NCBI GenBank assembly: GCA_964016885.1
Contig: OZ024744.1
Span: 129,270,001-129,334,000, forward strand
Direction: 5' to 3'
DNA from: Eledone cirrhosa
Taxonomy: Eukaryota
Length of the DNA stretch: 64,000 nucleotides
Positions 24,076-37,459 of this stretch are shown piece by piece. The first letter of the stretch is position 1, and each line of letters opens with the position of its first letter. Both the position numbers and the translations under genes were made by a program. The notes under the pieces were generated by a model. It was not told the origin of the DNA. It worked only from the letters and a program-made list of their open reading frames with translations, and did not search any database.

Positions 24076-27000
24076 GGGGTTAAGTTAATTTGGGGTTAAT
24101 TTAAGTTGGGGTTACATTAAGTTGAGGTTAAGTTAAGTTGTGGTTAAGTTAAGTTAGGGTTAATTTAAGTTAGGGTTATGTTAAGTTGGGGTTAAGTTAA
24201 GTTGGGGTTAAGTTAGGTTGGTGTTAAGTTAAGTTGGGGTTAAGTTAATTTGTGGTTAAGTTAAGTTGGGGTTAAGTTAAGTTGGGGTTAAGTTCAGTCG
24301 GGGTTAAGTTAAGTCGGGGTTAAGTTAAATTGGGGTCAAGTTAAGTTGGGGTTAAGTTAAGTTGGGGTTGAGTTAAGTTGGGGTTAAGTTAAGGTGGGGT
24401 TAAAATAAGTTGGGGTTAAGTTAAGTTGGGGTTGAGTTAAGTTGGGGTTGAGTTAATTTGGGGTTAAGTTAAGTTGGGGTTAATTTAAGTTGGGGTTAAA
24501 TTAAGTTGGGGTTAAGTTAAGTTGGGGGTAAGATAAGTTGGGGTTAGTTAAGTTGCGGTTAAGTTAAGTTGGGGTTAAGTTAAGTTGGCGTTAAGTTAAG
24601 TTGGGGTTAATTTAAGTTGGGGTTAATTTAAGTTGGGGTTAAGTTAAGTTGGGGTTAATTTAAGTTGGGGTTAATTTAAGTTGGGGTTAAGTTAAGTTGG
24701 GGTTAAGTTAAGTTGGGGTAAAGTTAAGTTGGGGTTAAGTTAAGTTGGGGTTAAGTTAAGTTGGGGTTAAGTTGGGGTTAAGTTAAGGTAGGGTTAACTT
24801 AAGTTGGGGTTAAGTTAAGTTGGGATTAAGTTAAATTGGGGTTAAGTTAAGTTGCGGTTAAGTTAAGTTGGGGTTAAGTTAAGTTGGGGTTAAGTTAATT
24901 AGGGTTAAGTTAAGTTGGGGTTAAGTTAAGTTGGGGTTAAGTTAAGTTGGGGTTAAGTTAAGTCGGGGTTAAGTTAAGTTAGGGTTAAGTTAAGTTGGGG
25001 TTAATTTAAGTTGGGGTTAAGTTAAGTTGGGGTTAAGTTAAGTTGGGGTTAAGTTAAGTTGAGGTTAAAGTTAAGTAGGGGTTAAATTATGTTGGGGTTA
25101 AGTTAAGTTGGGGTTAAGTTAAGTTGGGGTTAAGTTAAGTTGGGGATAAGTTAAGTTGGGGATAAGTTAAGTTGGGGTTAATTAAGTTAGGTTTAAGTTA
25201 AGTTGGGGTTAAGTTAAGTTGGGGTTAAATTAAGTTGGGGTTAAGTTAAGTTGGTTAGTTAAGTTGAGTTTAAGTTAAGTTGGGCTTAATTTAAGTTGGG
25301 GTTAAGTTAAGTTGGGGTTAAGTTAAGTTGGGGTTAAGTTAAGTTGGGGTTAATTTAAGTTGGGGTTAAGTTAAGTTGAGGTTAAAGTTAAGTAGGGGTT
25401 AAATTATGTTGGGGTTAAGTTAAGTTGGGGATAAGTTAAGTTGGGGATAAGTTAAGTTGGGGTTAATTAAGTTGGGTTTAAGTTAAGTTGGGGTTAAGTT
25501 AAGTTGGGGTTAAGTTAAGTTGGGGTTAAGTTAAGTTGGTTAGTTAAGTTGAGTTTAAGTTAAGTTGGGCTTAATTTAAGTTGGGGTTAAGTTAAGTTGG
25601 GGTTAAGTTAAGTTGGGGTTAAGTTAAGTTGGGGTAACGTTAAGTTGGGGGTAAGTTAAGTTGGGGTTAAGTTAAGTTGGGGTTAAGTTGGGGTTAAGTT
25701 AAGTTAGGGTTAACTTAAGTTGGGGTTGTGTTAAGTGGTGGTTATGTTAAGTGGTGGTTATGTTAAGTTGGGGTTAAGTTAAGTTGGGGTTAAGTTAAGT
25801 TGGGGTTAAGTTAAGTTGGGGTTAAGTTAATTAGGGTTAAGTTAAGTTGGGTTTAAGTTAAGTTGGGGTTAAGTTAATTTGTGGTTAAGTTAAGTTGGGG
25901 TTAAGTTAAGTTGGGGATAAGTTAAGTTGGGGATAAGTTAAGTTGGGGTTAATTAAGTTGGGTTTAAGTTAAGTTGGGGTTAAGTTAAGTTGGGGTTAAG
26001 TTAAGTTGGGGTTAAGTTAAGTTGGTTAGTTAAGTTGAGTTTAAGTTAAGTTGGGGTTAATTTAAGTTGGGGTTAAGTTAAGTTGGGGTTAAGTTAAGTT
26101 GGGGTTAAGTTAAGTTGGGGTTAAGTTAAGTTGGGGTTAAGTTCAGTCGGGGTTAAGTTAAGTCGGGGTTAAGTTAAGTTGGGGTTAAGTTAAGTTGGGG
26201 TTAAGTTAAGTTGGGGTTGAGTTAAGTTGGGGTTAAGTTAAGGTGGGGTTAAAATAAGTTGGGGTTAAGTTAAGTTGGGGTTGAGTTAAGTTGGGATTGA
26301 GTTAATTTGGGGTTAAGTTAAGTTGGGGTTAATTTAAGTTGGGGTTAAATTAAGTTGGGGTTAAGTTAAGTTGGGGGTAAGATAAGTTGGGGTTAGTTAA
26401 GTTGCGGTTAAGTTAAGTTGGGGTTAAGTTAAGTTGGGGTTAAGTTAAGTTGGGGTTAAGTTAAGTTGGGGTTAATTTAAGTTGGGGTTAAGTTAAGTTG
26501 GGGTTAATTTAAGTTGGGGTTAATTTAAGTTGGGGTTAAGTTAAGTTGGGGTTAAGTTAAGTTGGGGTAAAGTTAAGTTGGGGTTAAGTTAAGTTGGGGT
26601 TAAGTTAAGTTGGGGTTAAGTTGGGGTTAAGTTAAGGTAGGGTTAACTTAAGTTGGGGTTGTGTTAAGTGGTGGTTATGTTAAGTGGTGGTTATATTAAG
26701 TTAGGGTTAAGTTAAGTTGGGATTAAGTTAAATTGGGGTTAAGTTAAGTTGCGGTTAAGTTAAGTTGGGGTTAAGTTAAGTTGGGGTTAAGTTAATTAGG
26801 GTTAAGTTAAGTTGGGGTTAAGTTAAGTTGGGGTTAAGTTAAGTTGGGGTTAAGTTAAGTTGGGGTTAAGTTAAGTCGGGGTTAAGTTAAGTTAGGGTTA
26901 AGTTAAGTTGGGGTTAATTTAAGATGGGGTTAAGTTTAGTTGGGGTTAAGTTAAGTTGGGGTTAAGTTAAGTTGAGGTTAAAGTTAAGTAGGGGTTAAAT

Positions 27001-30000
27001 TATGTTGGGGTTAAGTTAAGTTGGGGTTAAGTTAAGTTGGGGTTAAGTTAAGTTGGGGATAAGTTAAGTTGGGGATAAGTTAAGTTGGGGTTAATTAAGT
27101 TAGGTTTAAGTTAAGTTGGGGTTAAGTTAAGTTGGGGTTAAATTAAGTTGGGGTTAAGTTAAGTTGGTTAGTTAAGTTGAGTTTAAGTTAAGTTGGGCTT
27201 AATTTAAGTTGGGGTTAAGTTAAGTTGGGGTTAAGTTAAGTTGGGGTTAAGTTAAGTTGGGGTTAAGTTAAGTTGGGGTTCAGTCAAGTTGGGGTTAAGT
27301 TAAGTTGGGGTTAAGTTGGGGTAAAATTAAGTTGGGGTTAAGTTAAGTTGGGGTTAAGTTAAGTTGGGGTTAAGTTAAGTTGGGGTTAAGTTAAGTTGCG
27401 GTTAAGTTAAGTTGAGGTTAAGTTAAGTTGGGGTTAAGTTAAGTTGGGGTTAATTTAAGTTGGGGCTAAGTTAAGTTGGGGCTAAGTTAAGTTGGGGCTA
27501 AGTTAAGTTGGGGTTAAGTTAACTTTGGGTTAAGTTAAGTTGGGTTTGAGTTAAGTTGGGGTTAATTAAGTTGGGGTTAAGTTAAGTTGGGGTTAAGTTA
27601 AGTTGGGGTTAAGTTAAGTTGGGGCTAAGTTAAGTTGCGGTTAAGTTAAGTTGATGTTAAGTTAAGTTGGGGTTAAGTTAAGTTGGGGTTAAGTTAAGTT
27701 GGGGCTAAGTTAAGTTGGGGCTAAGTTAAGTTGGGGCTAAGTTAAGTTGGGGTTAAGTTAAGGTGGGGTTAATTTAATTTGGGGTTAAGTTAAGTTAGGG
27801 TTAAGTTAAGTTGGGGTTATGTTAAGTTGGGGTTAAGTTAAGTTGGGGTTAAGTTAAGTTGGGGTTCAATTAAGTTGCGGTTAATTTAAGTTGGGTTTAA
27901 GTTAAGTTGGGGTTAAGTTAAGTTGGGGTTATGTTAAGTTGGTGTTAAGTTAAGTTGGGGTTAAGTTAAGTTGGGGTTAAGTTAAGTTGGGGTTAAGTTA
28001 GGTTGGTGTTAAGTTAAGTTGGCGGTAAGTTAAGTTGGGGGTAAGTTAAGTTGGTGTTAAGTTATGTTGGGGTTAAGTTAAGTTGGGGTTAAGTTAAGTT
28101 GGGTTTAAGTTAAGTTGGGGCTAAGTTAAGTTAGGGCTAAGTTAAGTTGGGGTTAAGTAAAGTTAGGGCTAAGTTAAGTTGGGGTTAAGTTAAGTTGGGG
28201 TTAATTTAAGTTGGGGTTACATTAAGTTGAGGTTAAGTTAAGTTGGGGTTAAGTTAAGTTGGGTTTAAGTTAAGTTGGGGCTAAGTTAAGTTAGGGCTAA
28301 GTTAAGTTGGGGCTGAGTTAAGTTGGGGTTAAGTTAAGTTGGGGTTGAGTTAAGTTGGGGTTAAGTTAAGTTGGGGTTAAGTTAAGTTGGGGTTAAGTTA
28401 AGTTGGGGCTGAGTTAAGTTGGGATTACGTTAAGTTGGGGTTAAGGTAAGTTGGGGTTAAGTTAAGTTCGGGTTAAGTTAAGTTGGTGTTAAGTTAAGTT
28501 GGGGCTGAGTTAAGTTGGGTCTAAGTTAAGTTGGGGTTAAGTTAAGATGGGGTTAAGTTAAGTTGGTGTTAAATTAAGTTGGGGTTAAGTTAAGTTGGTG
28601 TTAAGTTAAGTTGGGGTTAAGTTAAGTTGGGGTTAATTAAGTTGGGGTTAAGTTAAGTTGGGGTTAAGTTAATTGGGGTTAAATTAAGTTAGGGTTGAGT
28701 TAAGTTGGGGTTAAGTTAAGGTGGGGTTAAGTTAAGTTGGGGTCAACTTAAGTTGGGGTTAAGTTAAGTTGGGGTTAAGTTAAGTTGGGGTTAAGTTAAG
28801 TTGGGGTTAAGTTAAGTTGGGGTTACGTTAAGTTGGGGGTAAGTTAAGTTGGTGGTAAGTTAAGATGGGGTTAAGTTAAGTTGGGGTTAATTTAATTTGG
28901 GGTTAAGTTAAGTTAGGGTTAAGTTAAGTTGGAGTTATGTTAAGTTGGGGTTAAGTTAAGTTGGGGTTAAGTTAAGTTGGGGTTCAATTAAGTTGCGGTT
29001 AATTTAAGTTGGGTTTAAGTTAAGTTGGGGTTAAGTTAAGTTGGGGTTATGTTAAGTTGGTGTTAAGTTAAGTTGGGGTTAAGTTAAGTTGGGGTTAAGT
29101 TAAGTTGGGGTTAAGTTAGGTTGGTGTTAAGTTAAGTTGGCGGTAAGTTAAGTTGGGGGTAAGTTAAGTTGGGGTTAAGTTGGGGTTAAGTTAAGGTAGG
29201 GTTAACTTAAGTTGGGGTTGTGTTAAGTGGTGGTTATGTTAAGTGGTGGTTATATTAAGTTAGGGTTAAGTTAAGTTGGGATTAAGTTAAATTGGGGTTA
29301 AGTTAAGTTGCGGTTAAGTTAAGTTGGGGTTAAGTTAAGTTGGGGTTAAGTTAATTAGGGTTAAGTTAAGTTGGGGTTAAGTGAAGTTGGGGTTAAGTTA
29401 AGTTGGGGTTAAGTTAAGTTGGGGTTAAGTTAAGTCGGGGTTAAGTTAAGTTAGGGTTAAGTTAAGTTGGGGTTAATTTAAGTTGGGGTTAAGTTAAGTT
29501 GAGGTTAAAGTTAAGTAGGGGTTAAATTATGTTGGGGTTAAGTTAAGTTGGGGTTAAGTTAAGTTGGGGTTAAGTTAAGTTGGGGATAAGTTAAGTTGGG
29601 GATAAGTTAAGTTGGGGTTAATTAAGTTGGGTTTAAGTTAAGTTGGGGTTAAGTTAAGTTGGGGTTAAATTAAGTTGGGGTTAAGTTAAGTTGGTTAGTT
29701 AAGTTGAGTTTAAGTTAAGTTGGGCTTAATTTAAGTTGGGGCTAAGTTAAGTTGGGGTTAAGTTAAGTTGGGGTTAAGTTAAGTTGGGGTTCAGTCAAGT
29801 TGGGGTTAAGTTAAGTTGGGGTTAAGTTGGGGTAAAATTAAGTTGGGGTTAAGTTAAGTTGGGGTTAAGTTAAGTTGGGGTTAAGTTAAGTTGGGGTTAA
29901 GTTAAGTTGGGGTTAATTTAAGTTGGGGCTAAGTTAAGTTGGGGCTAAGTTAAGTTGGGGTTAAGTTAACTTTGGGTTAAGTTAAGTTGGGTTTGAGTTA

Positions 30001-33000
30001 AGTTGGGGTTAATTAAGTTGGGGTTAAGTTAAGTTGGGGTTAAGTTAAGTTGGGGTTAAGTTAAGTTGGGGCTAAGTTAAGTTGCGGTTAAGTTAAGTTG
30101 ATGTTAAGTTAAGTTGGGGTTAAGTTAAGTTGGGGTTAAGTTAAGTTGGGGCTAAGTTAAGTTGGGGCTAAGTTAAGTTGGGGCTAAGTTAAGTTGGGGT
30201 TAAGTTAAGGTGGGGTTAAGTTAAGTTGGGGTCAACTTAAGTTGGGGTTAAGTTAAGTTGGGGTTAAGTTAAGTTGGGGTTAAGTTAAGTTGGGGTTAAG
30301 TTAAGTTGGGGTTACGTTAAGTTGGGGGTAAGTTAAGTTGGTGGTAAGTTAAGATGGGGTTAAGTTAAGTTGGGGTTAATTTAATTTGGGGTTAAGTTAA
30401 GTTAGGGTTAAGTTAAGTTGGGGTTATGTTAAGTTGGGGTTAAGTTAAGTTGGGGTTAAGTTAAGTTGGGGTTCAATTAAGTTGCGGTTAATTTAAGTTG
30501 GGTTTAAGTTAAGTTGGGGTTAAGTTAAGTTGGGGTTATGTTAAGTTGGTGTTAAGTTAAGTAGGGGTTAAGTTAAGTTGGGGTTAAGTTAAGTTGGGGT
30601 TAAGTTAGGTTGGTGTTAAGTTAAGTTGGCGGTAATTTAAGTTGGGGGTAAGTTAAGTTGGTGTTAAGTTATGTTGGGGTTAAGTTAAGTTGGGGTTAAG
30701 TTAAGTTGGGTTTAAGTTAAGTTGGGGCTAAGTTAAGTTAGGGCTAAGTTAAGTTGGGGTTAAGTAAAGTTAGGGCTAAGTTAAGTTGGGGTTAAGTTAA
30801 GTTGGGGTTAATTTAAGTTGGGGTTACATTAAGTTGAGGTTAAGTTAAGTTGGGGTTAAGTTAAGTTGGGTTTAAGTTAAGTTGGGGCTAAGTTAAGTTA
30901 GGGCTAAGTTAAGTTGGGGCTGAGTTAAGTTGGGGTTAAGTTAAGTTGGGGTTGAGTTAAGTTGGGGTTAAGTTAAGTTGGGGTTAAGTTAAGTTGGGGT
31001 TAAGTTAAGTTGGGGCTGAGTTAAGTTGGGATTACGTTAAGTTGGGGTTAAGTTAAGTTGGGGTTAAGTTAAGTTCGGGTTAAGTTAAGTTGGTGTTAAG
31101 TTAAGTTGGGGCTGAGTTAAGTTGGGGCTAAGTTAAGTTGGGTCTAAGTTAAGTTGGGGTTAAGTTAAGTGGGGGTTAAGTTAAGTTGGTGTTAAATTAA
31201 GTTGGGGTTAAGTTAAGTTGGTGTTAAGTTAAGTTGGGGTTAAGTTAAGTTGGGGTTAATTAAGTTGGGGTTAAGTTAAGTTGGGGTTAAGTTAAGTTGG
31301 TGTTAAGTTAAGTTGGGGTTAAGTTAAGTTGGGGTTAATTAAGTTGGGGTTAAGTTAAGTTGGGGTTAAGTTAATTGGGGTTAAATTAAGTTAGGGTTGA
31401 GTTAAGTTGGGGTTAAGTTAAGGTGGGGTTAAGTTAAGTTGGGGTCAACTTAAGTTGGGGTTAAGTTAAGTTGGGGTTAAGTTAAGTTGGGGTTAAGTTA
31501 AGTTGGGGTTAAGTTAAGTTGGGGTTACGTTAAGTTGGGGGTAAGTTAAGTTGGTGGTAAGTTAAGATGGGGTTAAGTTAAGTTGGGGTTAATTTAATTT
31601 GGGGTTAAGTTAAGTTAGGGTTAAGTTAAGTTGGGGTTATGTTAAGTTGGGGTTAAGTTAAGTTGGGGTTAAGTTAAGTTGGGGTTCAATTAAGTTGCGG
31701 TTAATTTAAGTTGGGTTTAAGTTAAGTTGGGGTTAAGTTAAGTTGGGGTTATGTTAAGTTGGTGTTAAGTTAAGTTGGGGTCAAGTTAAGTTGGGGTTAA
31801 GTTAAGTTGGGGTTAAGTTAGGTTGGTGTTAAGTTAAGTTGGCGGTAAGTTAAGTTGGGGGTAAGTTAAGTTGGTGTTAAGTTATGTTGGGGTTAAGTTA
31901 AGTTGGGGTTAAGTTAAGTTGGGTTTAAGTTAAGTTGGGGCTAAGTTAAGTTAGGGCTAAGTTAAGTTGGGGTTAAGTAAAGTTAGGGCTAAGTTAAGTT
32001 GGGGTTAAGTTAAGTTGGGGTTAATTTAAGTTGGGGTTACATTAAGCTGAGGTTAAGTTAAGTTGGGGTTAAGTTAAGTTGGGTTTAAGTTAAGTTGGGG
32101 CTAAGTTAAGTTAGGGCTAAGTTAAGTTGGGGCTGAGTTAAGTTGGGGTTAAGTTAAGTTGGGGTTGAGTTAAGTTGGGGTTAAGTTAAGTTGGGGTTAA
32201 GTTAAGTTGGGGTTAAGTTAAGTTGGGGCTGAGTTAAGTTGGGGTTACGTTAAGTTGGGGTTAAGGTAAGTTGGGGTTAAGTTAAGTTCGGGTTAAGTTA
32301 AGTTGGTGTTAAGTTAAGTTGGGGCTGAGTTAAGTTGGGGCTAAGTTAAGTTGGGTCTAAGTTAAGTTGGGGTTAAGTTAAGTTGGGGTTAAGTTAAGTT
32401 GGTGTTAAATTAAGTTGGGGTTAAGTTAAGTTGGTGTTAAGTTAAGTTGGGGTTAAGTTAAGTTGGGGTAAAGTTAAGTTGGGGTTAAGTTAAGTTGGGG
32501 TTAAGTTACGTTGGGGTTAAGTTGGGGTTAAGTTAAGTTAGGGTTAACTTAAGTTGGGGTTGTGTTAAGTGGTGGTTATGTTAAGTGGTGGTTATGTTAA
32601 GTTGGGGTTAAGTTAAGTTGGGATTAAGTTAAATTGGGGTTAAGTTAAGTTGCGGTTAAGTTAAGTTGGGGTTAAGTTAAGTTGGGGTTAAGTTAATTAG
32701 GGTTAAGTTAAGTTGGGGTTAAGTTAAGTTGGGGTTAAGTTAAGTTGGGGTTAAGTTAAGTTGGGGTTAAGTTAAGTCGGGGTTAAGTTAAGTTAGGGTT
32801 AAGTTAAGTTGGGGTTAATTTAAGTTGGGGTTAAGTTAAGTTGGGGTTAAGTTAAGTTGGGGTTAAGTTAAGTTGAGGTTAAAGTTAAGTAGGGGTTAAA
32901 TTATGTTGGGGTTAAGTTAAGTTGGGGTTAAGTTAAGTTGGGGTTAAGTTAAGTTGGGGATAAGTTAAGTTGGGGATAAGTTAAGTTGGGGTTAATTAAG

Positions 33001-36000
33001 TTGGGTTTAAGTTAAGTTGGGGTTAAGTTAAGTTGGGGTTAAGTTAAGTTGGTTAGTTAAGTTGAGTTTAAGTTAAGTTGGGCTTAATTTAAGTTGGGGT
33101 TAAGTTAAGTTGGGGTTAAGTTAAGTTGGGGTTAAGTTAAGTTGGGGTTAAGTTAAGTTGGGGTTCAGTCAAGTTGGGGTTAAGTTAAGTTGGGGTTAAG
33201 TTGGGGTAAAATTAAGTTGGGGTTAAGTTAGGTTGGGGTTAAGTTAAGTTGGGGTTAAGTTAAGTTGGGGTTAAGTTAAGTTGCGGTTAAGTTAAGTTGA
33301 GGTTAAGTTAAGTTGGGGTTAAGTTAAGTTGGGGTTAATTTAAGTTGGGGCTAAGTTAAGTTGGGGCTAAGTTAAGTTGGGGCTAAGTTAAGTTGGGGTT
33401 AAGTTAACTTTGGGTTAAGTTAACTTGGGTTTGAGTTAAGTTGGGGTTAATTAAGTTGGGGTTAAGTTAAGTTGGGGTTAAGTTAAGTTGGGGTTAAGTT
33501 AAGTTGGGGCTAAGTTAAGTTGCGGTTAAGTTAAGTTGATGTTAAGTTAAGTTGGGGTTAAGTTAAGTTGGGGTTAAGTTAAGTTGGGGCTAAGTTAAGT
33601 TGGGGCTAAGTTAAGTTGGGGCTAAGTTAAGTTGGGGTTAAGTTAAGGTGGGGTTAAGTTAAGTTGGGGTCAACTTAAGTTGGGGTTAAGTTAAGTTGGG
33701 GTTAAGTTAAGTTGGGGTTAAGTTAAGTTGGGGTTAAGTTAAGTTGGGGTTACGTTAAGTTGGGGGTAAGTTAAGTTGGTGGTAAGTTAAGATGGGGTTA
33801 AGTTAAGTTGGGGTTAATTTAATTTGGGGTTAAGTTAAGTTAGGGTTAAGTTAAGTTGGGGTTATGTTAAGTTGGGGTTAAGTTAAGTTGGGGTTAAGTT
33901 AAGTTGGGGTTCAATTAAGTTGCGGTTAATTTAAGTTGGGTTTAAGTTAAGTTGGGGTTAAGTTAAGTTGGGGTTATGTTAAGTTGGTGTTAAGTTAAGT
34001 TGGGGTTAAGTTAAGTTGGGGTTAAGTTAAGTTGGGGTTAAGTTAGGTTGGTGTTAAGTTAAGTTGGCGGTAAGTTAAGTTGGGGGTAAGTTAAGTTGGT
34101 GTTAAGTTATGTTGGGGTTAAGTTAAGTTGGGGTTAAGTTAAGTTGGGTTTAAGTTAAGTTGGGGCTAAGTTAAGTTAGGGCTAAGTTAAGTTGGGGTTA
34201 AGTAAAGTTAGGGCTAAGTTAAGTTGGGGTTAAGTTAAGTTGGGGTTAATTTAAGTTGGGGTTACATTAAGTTGAGGTTAAGTTAAGTTGGGGTTAAGTT
34301 AAGTTGGGTTTAAGTTAAGTTGGGGCTAAGTTAAGTTAGGGCTAAGTTAAGTTGGGGCTGAGTTAAGTTGGGGTTAAGTTAAGTTGGGGTTGAGTTAAGT
34401 TGGGGTTAAGTTAAGTTGGGGTTAAGTTAAGTTGGGGTTAAGTTAAGTTGGGGCTGAGTTAAGTTGGGATTACGTTAAGTTGGGGTTAAGGTAAGTTGGG
34501 GTTAAGTTAAGTTCGGGTTAAGTTAAGTTGGTGTTAAGTTAAGTTGGGGCTGAGTTAAGTTGGGGCTAAGTTAAGTTGGGTCTAAGTTAAGTTGGGGTTA
34601 AGTTAAGTTGGGGTTAAGTTAAGTTGGTGTTAAATTAAGTTGGGGTTAAGTTAAGTTGGTGTTAAGTTAAGTTGGGGTTAAGTTAAGTTGGGGTTAATTA
34701 AGTTGGGGTTAAGTTAAGTTGGGGTTAAGTTAATTGGGGTTAAATTAAGTTAGGGTTGAGTTAAGTTGGGGTTAAGTTAAGGTGGGGTTAAGTTAAGTTG
34801 GGGTCAACTTAAGTTGGGGTTAAGTTAAGTTGGGGTTAAGTTAAGTTGGGGTTAAGTTAAGTTGGGGTTAAGTTAAGTTGGGGTTACGTTAAGTTGGGGG
34901 TAAGTTAAGTTGGTGGTAAGTTAAGATGGGGTTAAGTTAAGTTGGGGTTAATTTAATTTGGGGTTAAGTTAAGTTAGGGTTAAGTTAAGTTGGGGTTATG
35001 TTAAGTTGGGGTTAAGTTAAGTTGGGGTTCAATTAAGTTGCGGTTAATTTAAGTTGGGTTTAAGTTAAGTTGGGGTTAAGTTAAGTTGGGGTTATGTTAA
35101 GTTGGTGTTAAGTTAAGTTGGGGTTAAGTTAAGTTGGGGTTAAGTTAAGTTGGGGTTAAGTTAGGTTGGGTTTAAGTTAAGTTGGGGCTAAGTTAAGTTA
35201 GGGCTAAGTTAAGTTGGGATTAAGTAAAGTTAGGGCTAAGTTAAGTTGGGGTTAAGTTAAGTTGGGGTTAATTTAAGTTGGGGTTACATTAAGTTGAGGT
35301 TAAGTTAAGTTGGGGTTAAGTTAAGTTGGGTTTAAGTTAAGTTGGGGCTAAGTTAAGTTAGGGCTAAGTTAAGTTGGGGCTGAGTTAAGTTGGGGTTAAG
35401 TTAAGTTGGGGTTGAGTTAAGTTGGGGTTAAGTTAAGTTGGGGTTAAGTTAAGTTGAGGTTAAGTTAAGTTGGGGCTGAGTTAAGTTGGGGTTACGTTAA
35501 GTTGGGGTTAAGGTAAGTTGGGGTTAAGTTAAGTTCGGGTTAAGTTAAGTTGGTGTTAAGTTAAGTTGGGGCTGAGTTAAGTTGGGGCTAAGTTAAGTTG
35601 GGTCTAAGTTAAGTTGGGGTTAAGTTAAGTTGGGGTTAAGTTAAGTTGGTGTTAAATTAAGTTGGGGTTAAGTTAAGTTGGTGTTAAGTTAAGTTGGGGT
35701 TAAGTTAAGTTGGGGTTAATTAAGTTGGGGTTAAGTTAATTTGGGGTTAAGTTAATTGGGGTTAAATTAAGTTAGGGTTGAGTTCAGTTGGGGTTAAGTT
35801 AAGTTGGGGTTAAGTAAAGTTGGGGTTCAGTTAAGTTGCGGTTAAGTTAAGTTGGGGTTAAGTTAAGTTAGGCTTAACTTAAGTTGGGGTTAAGTTAAGT
35901 TGGGGGAGAGTTAAGTTGGGGGTAAGTTAAGTTGGGGTTAAGTTAAGTTGGGGTTAAGTTGGGGTTAAGTTAATTTAGGGTTAAGTTAAGTTGGGGTTGA

Positions 36001-37459
36001 GTTAAGTTGGGGTTAAGTTAAGTGGTGGTTATGTTAAGTTGGGGTTAAGTTAAGTTGGGGTTAATTTAAATTGGGGTTAATTTAACTTTGTGGTTAAGTT
36101 AAGTTGGGGTTAATTTAAGTTGGGGTTAAGTTAAGTTGGGGTTAATTTAATTTGTGGTTAAGTTAAGTTGGGGTTAAGTTAAGTTGGGGTTGAGTTAAGC
36201 TGGGGTTGAGTTAAGTTGGGGTTGAGTTAATTCGGGGTTAAGTTAAGTTGGGGTTAACTTAAGTTGGGTTTAATTTAAGTTGGGGTTAAGTTAAGTTGGG
36301 GTTATAATTAAGTTGGGGTTAAGTTAAGTTGGGGGTAAGATAAGTTGGGGTTAGTTAAGTTGCGGTTAAGTTAAGTTGGGGTTAAGTTAAGTTGGGGTTA
36401 AGTTAAGTTGGGGTTAAGTTAAGTTGGGGTTAATTTAAGTTGGGGTTAATTTAAGTTGGGGTAAAGTTAAGTTGGGGGTAAGTTAAGTTGGGGTTAAGTT
36501 AAGTTGGGGTTAAGTTGGGGTTAAGTTAAGTTAGGGTTAACTTAAGTTGGGGTTGTGTTAAGTGGTGGTTATGTTAAGTGGTGGTTATGTTAAGTTGGGG
36601 TTAAGTTAAGTTGGGGTTAAGTTAAATTGGGGGTAAGTTAAGTTGCGGTTAAGTTAAGTTGGGGTTAAGTTAAGTTGGGGTTAAGTTAATTAGGGTTAAG
36701 TTAAGTTGGGGTTAAGTTAAGTTGGGGTTAAGTTAAGTTGGGGTTAAGTTAATTTGTGGTTAAGTTAAGTTGGGGTTAAGTTAAGTTGGGGTTAAGTTAA
36801 GTTGGGGATAAGTTAAGTTGAGGATAAGTTAAGTTGGGGTTAATTAAGTTGGCTTTAAGTTAAGTTGGGGTTAAGTTAAGTTGGGGTTAAGTTAAGTTGG
36901 TTAGTTAAGTTGAGTTTAAGTTAAGTTGGGGTTAATTTAAGTTGGGGTTAAGTTAAGTTGGGGTTAAGTTAAGTTGGGGTTAAGTTAAGTTGGGGTTCAG
37001 TTAAGTTGGGGTTAAGTTGGGGTAAAATTAAGTTGGGGTTAAGTTAAGTTGCGGTTAAGTTAAGTTGAGGTTAAGTTAAGTTGGGGTTAAGTTAAGTTGG
37101 GGTTAAGTTAAGTTGGGGCTAAGTTAAGTTGGAGTTAAGTTAAGTTGGGGCTAAGTTAAGTTGGGGTTAAGTTAAGTTGGGGTTAAGTTAAGGTGGGGTT
37201 AAGTTAAGTTGGGGTCAACTTAAGTTGGGGTTAATTTAAGTTGGGGTTAACTTAAGTTGGGGTTAAGCTAAGTTGGGGTTAAGTTAAGTTGGGGTTAAGT
37301 TAAGTTGGGGTTACGTTAAGTTGGGGGTAAGTTAAGTTGGTGGTAAGTTAAGTTGGGGGTAAGTTAAGATGGGGTTAAGTTAAGTTGGGGTTAAATTAAT
37401 TTGGGGTTAAGTTAAGTTAGGGTTAAGTTAAGTTGGGGTTGAGTTAAGTTGGGGTTAAG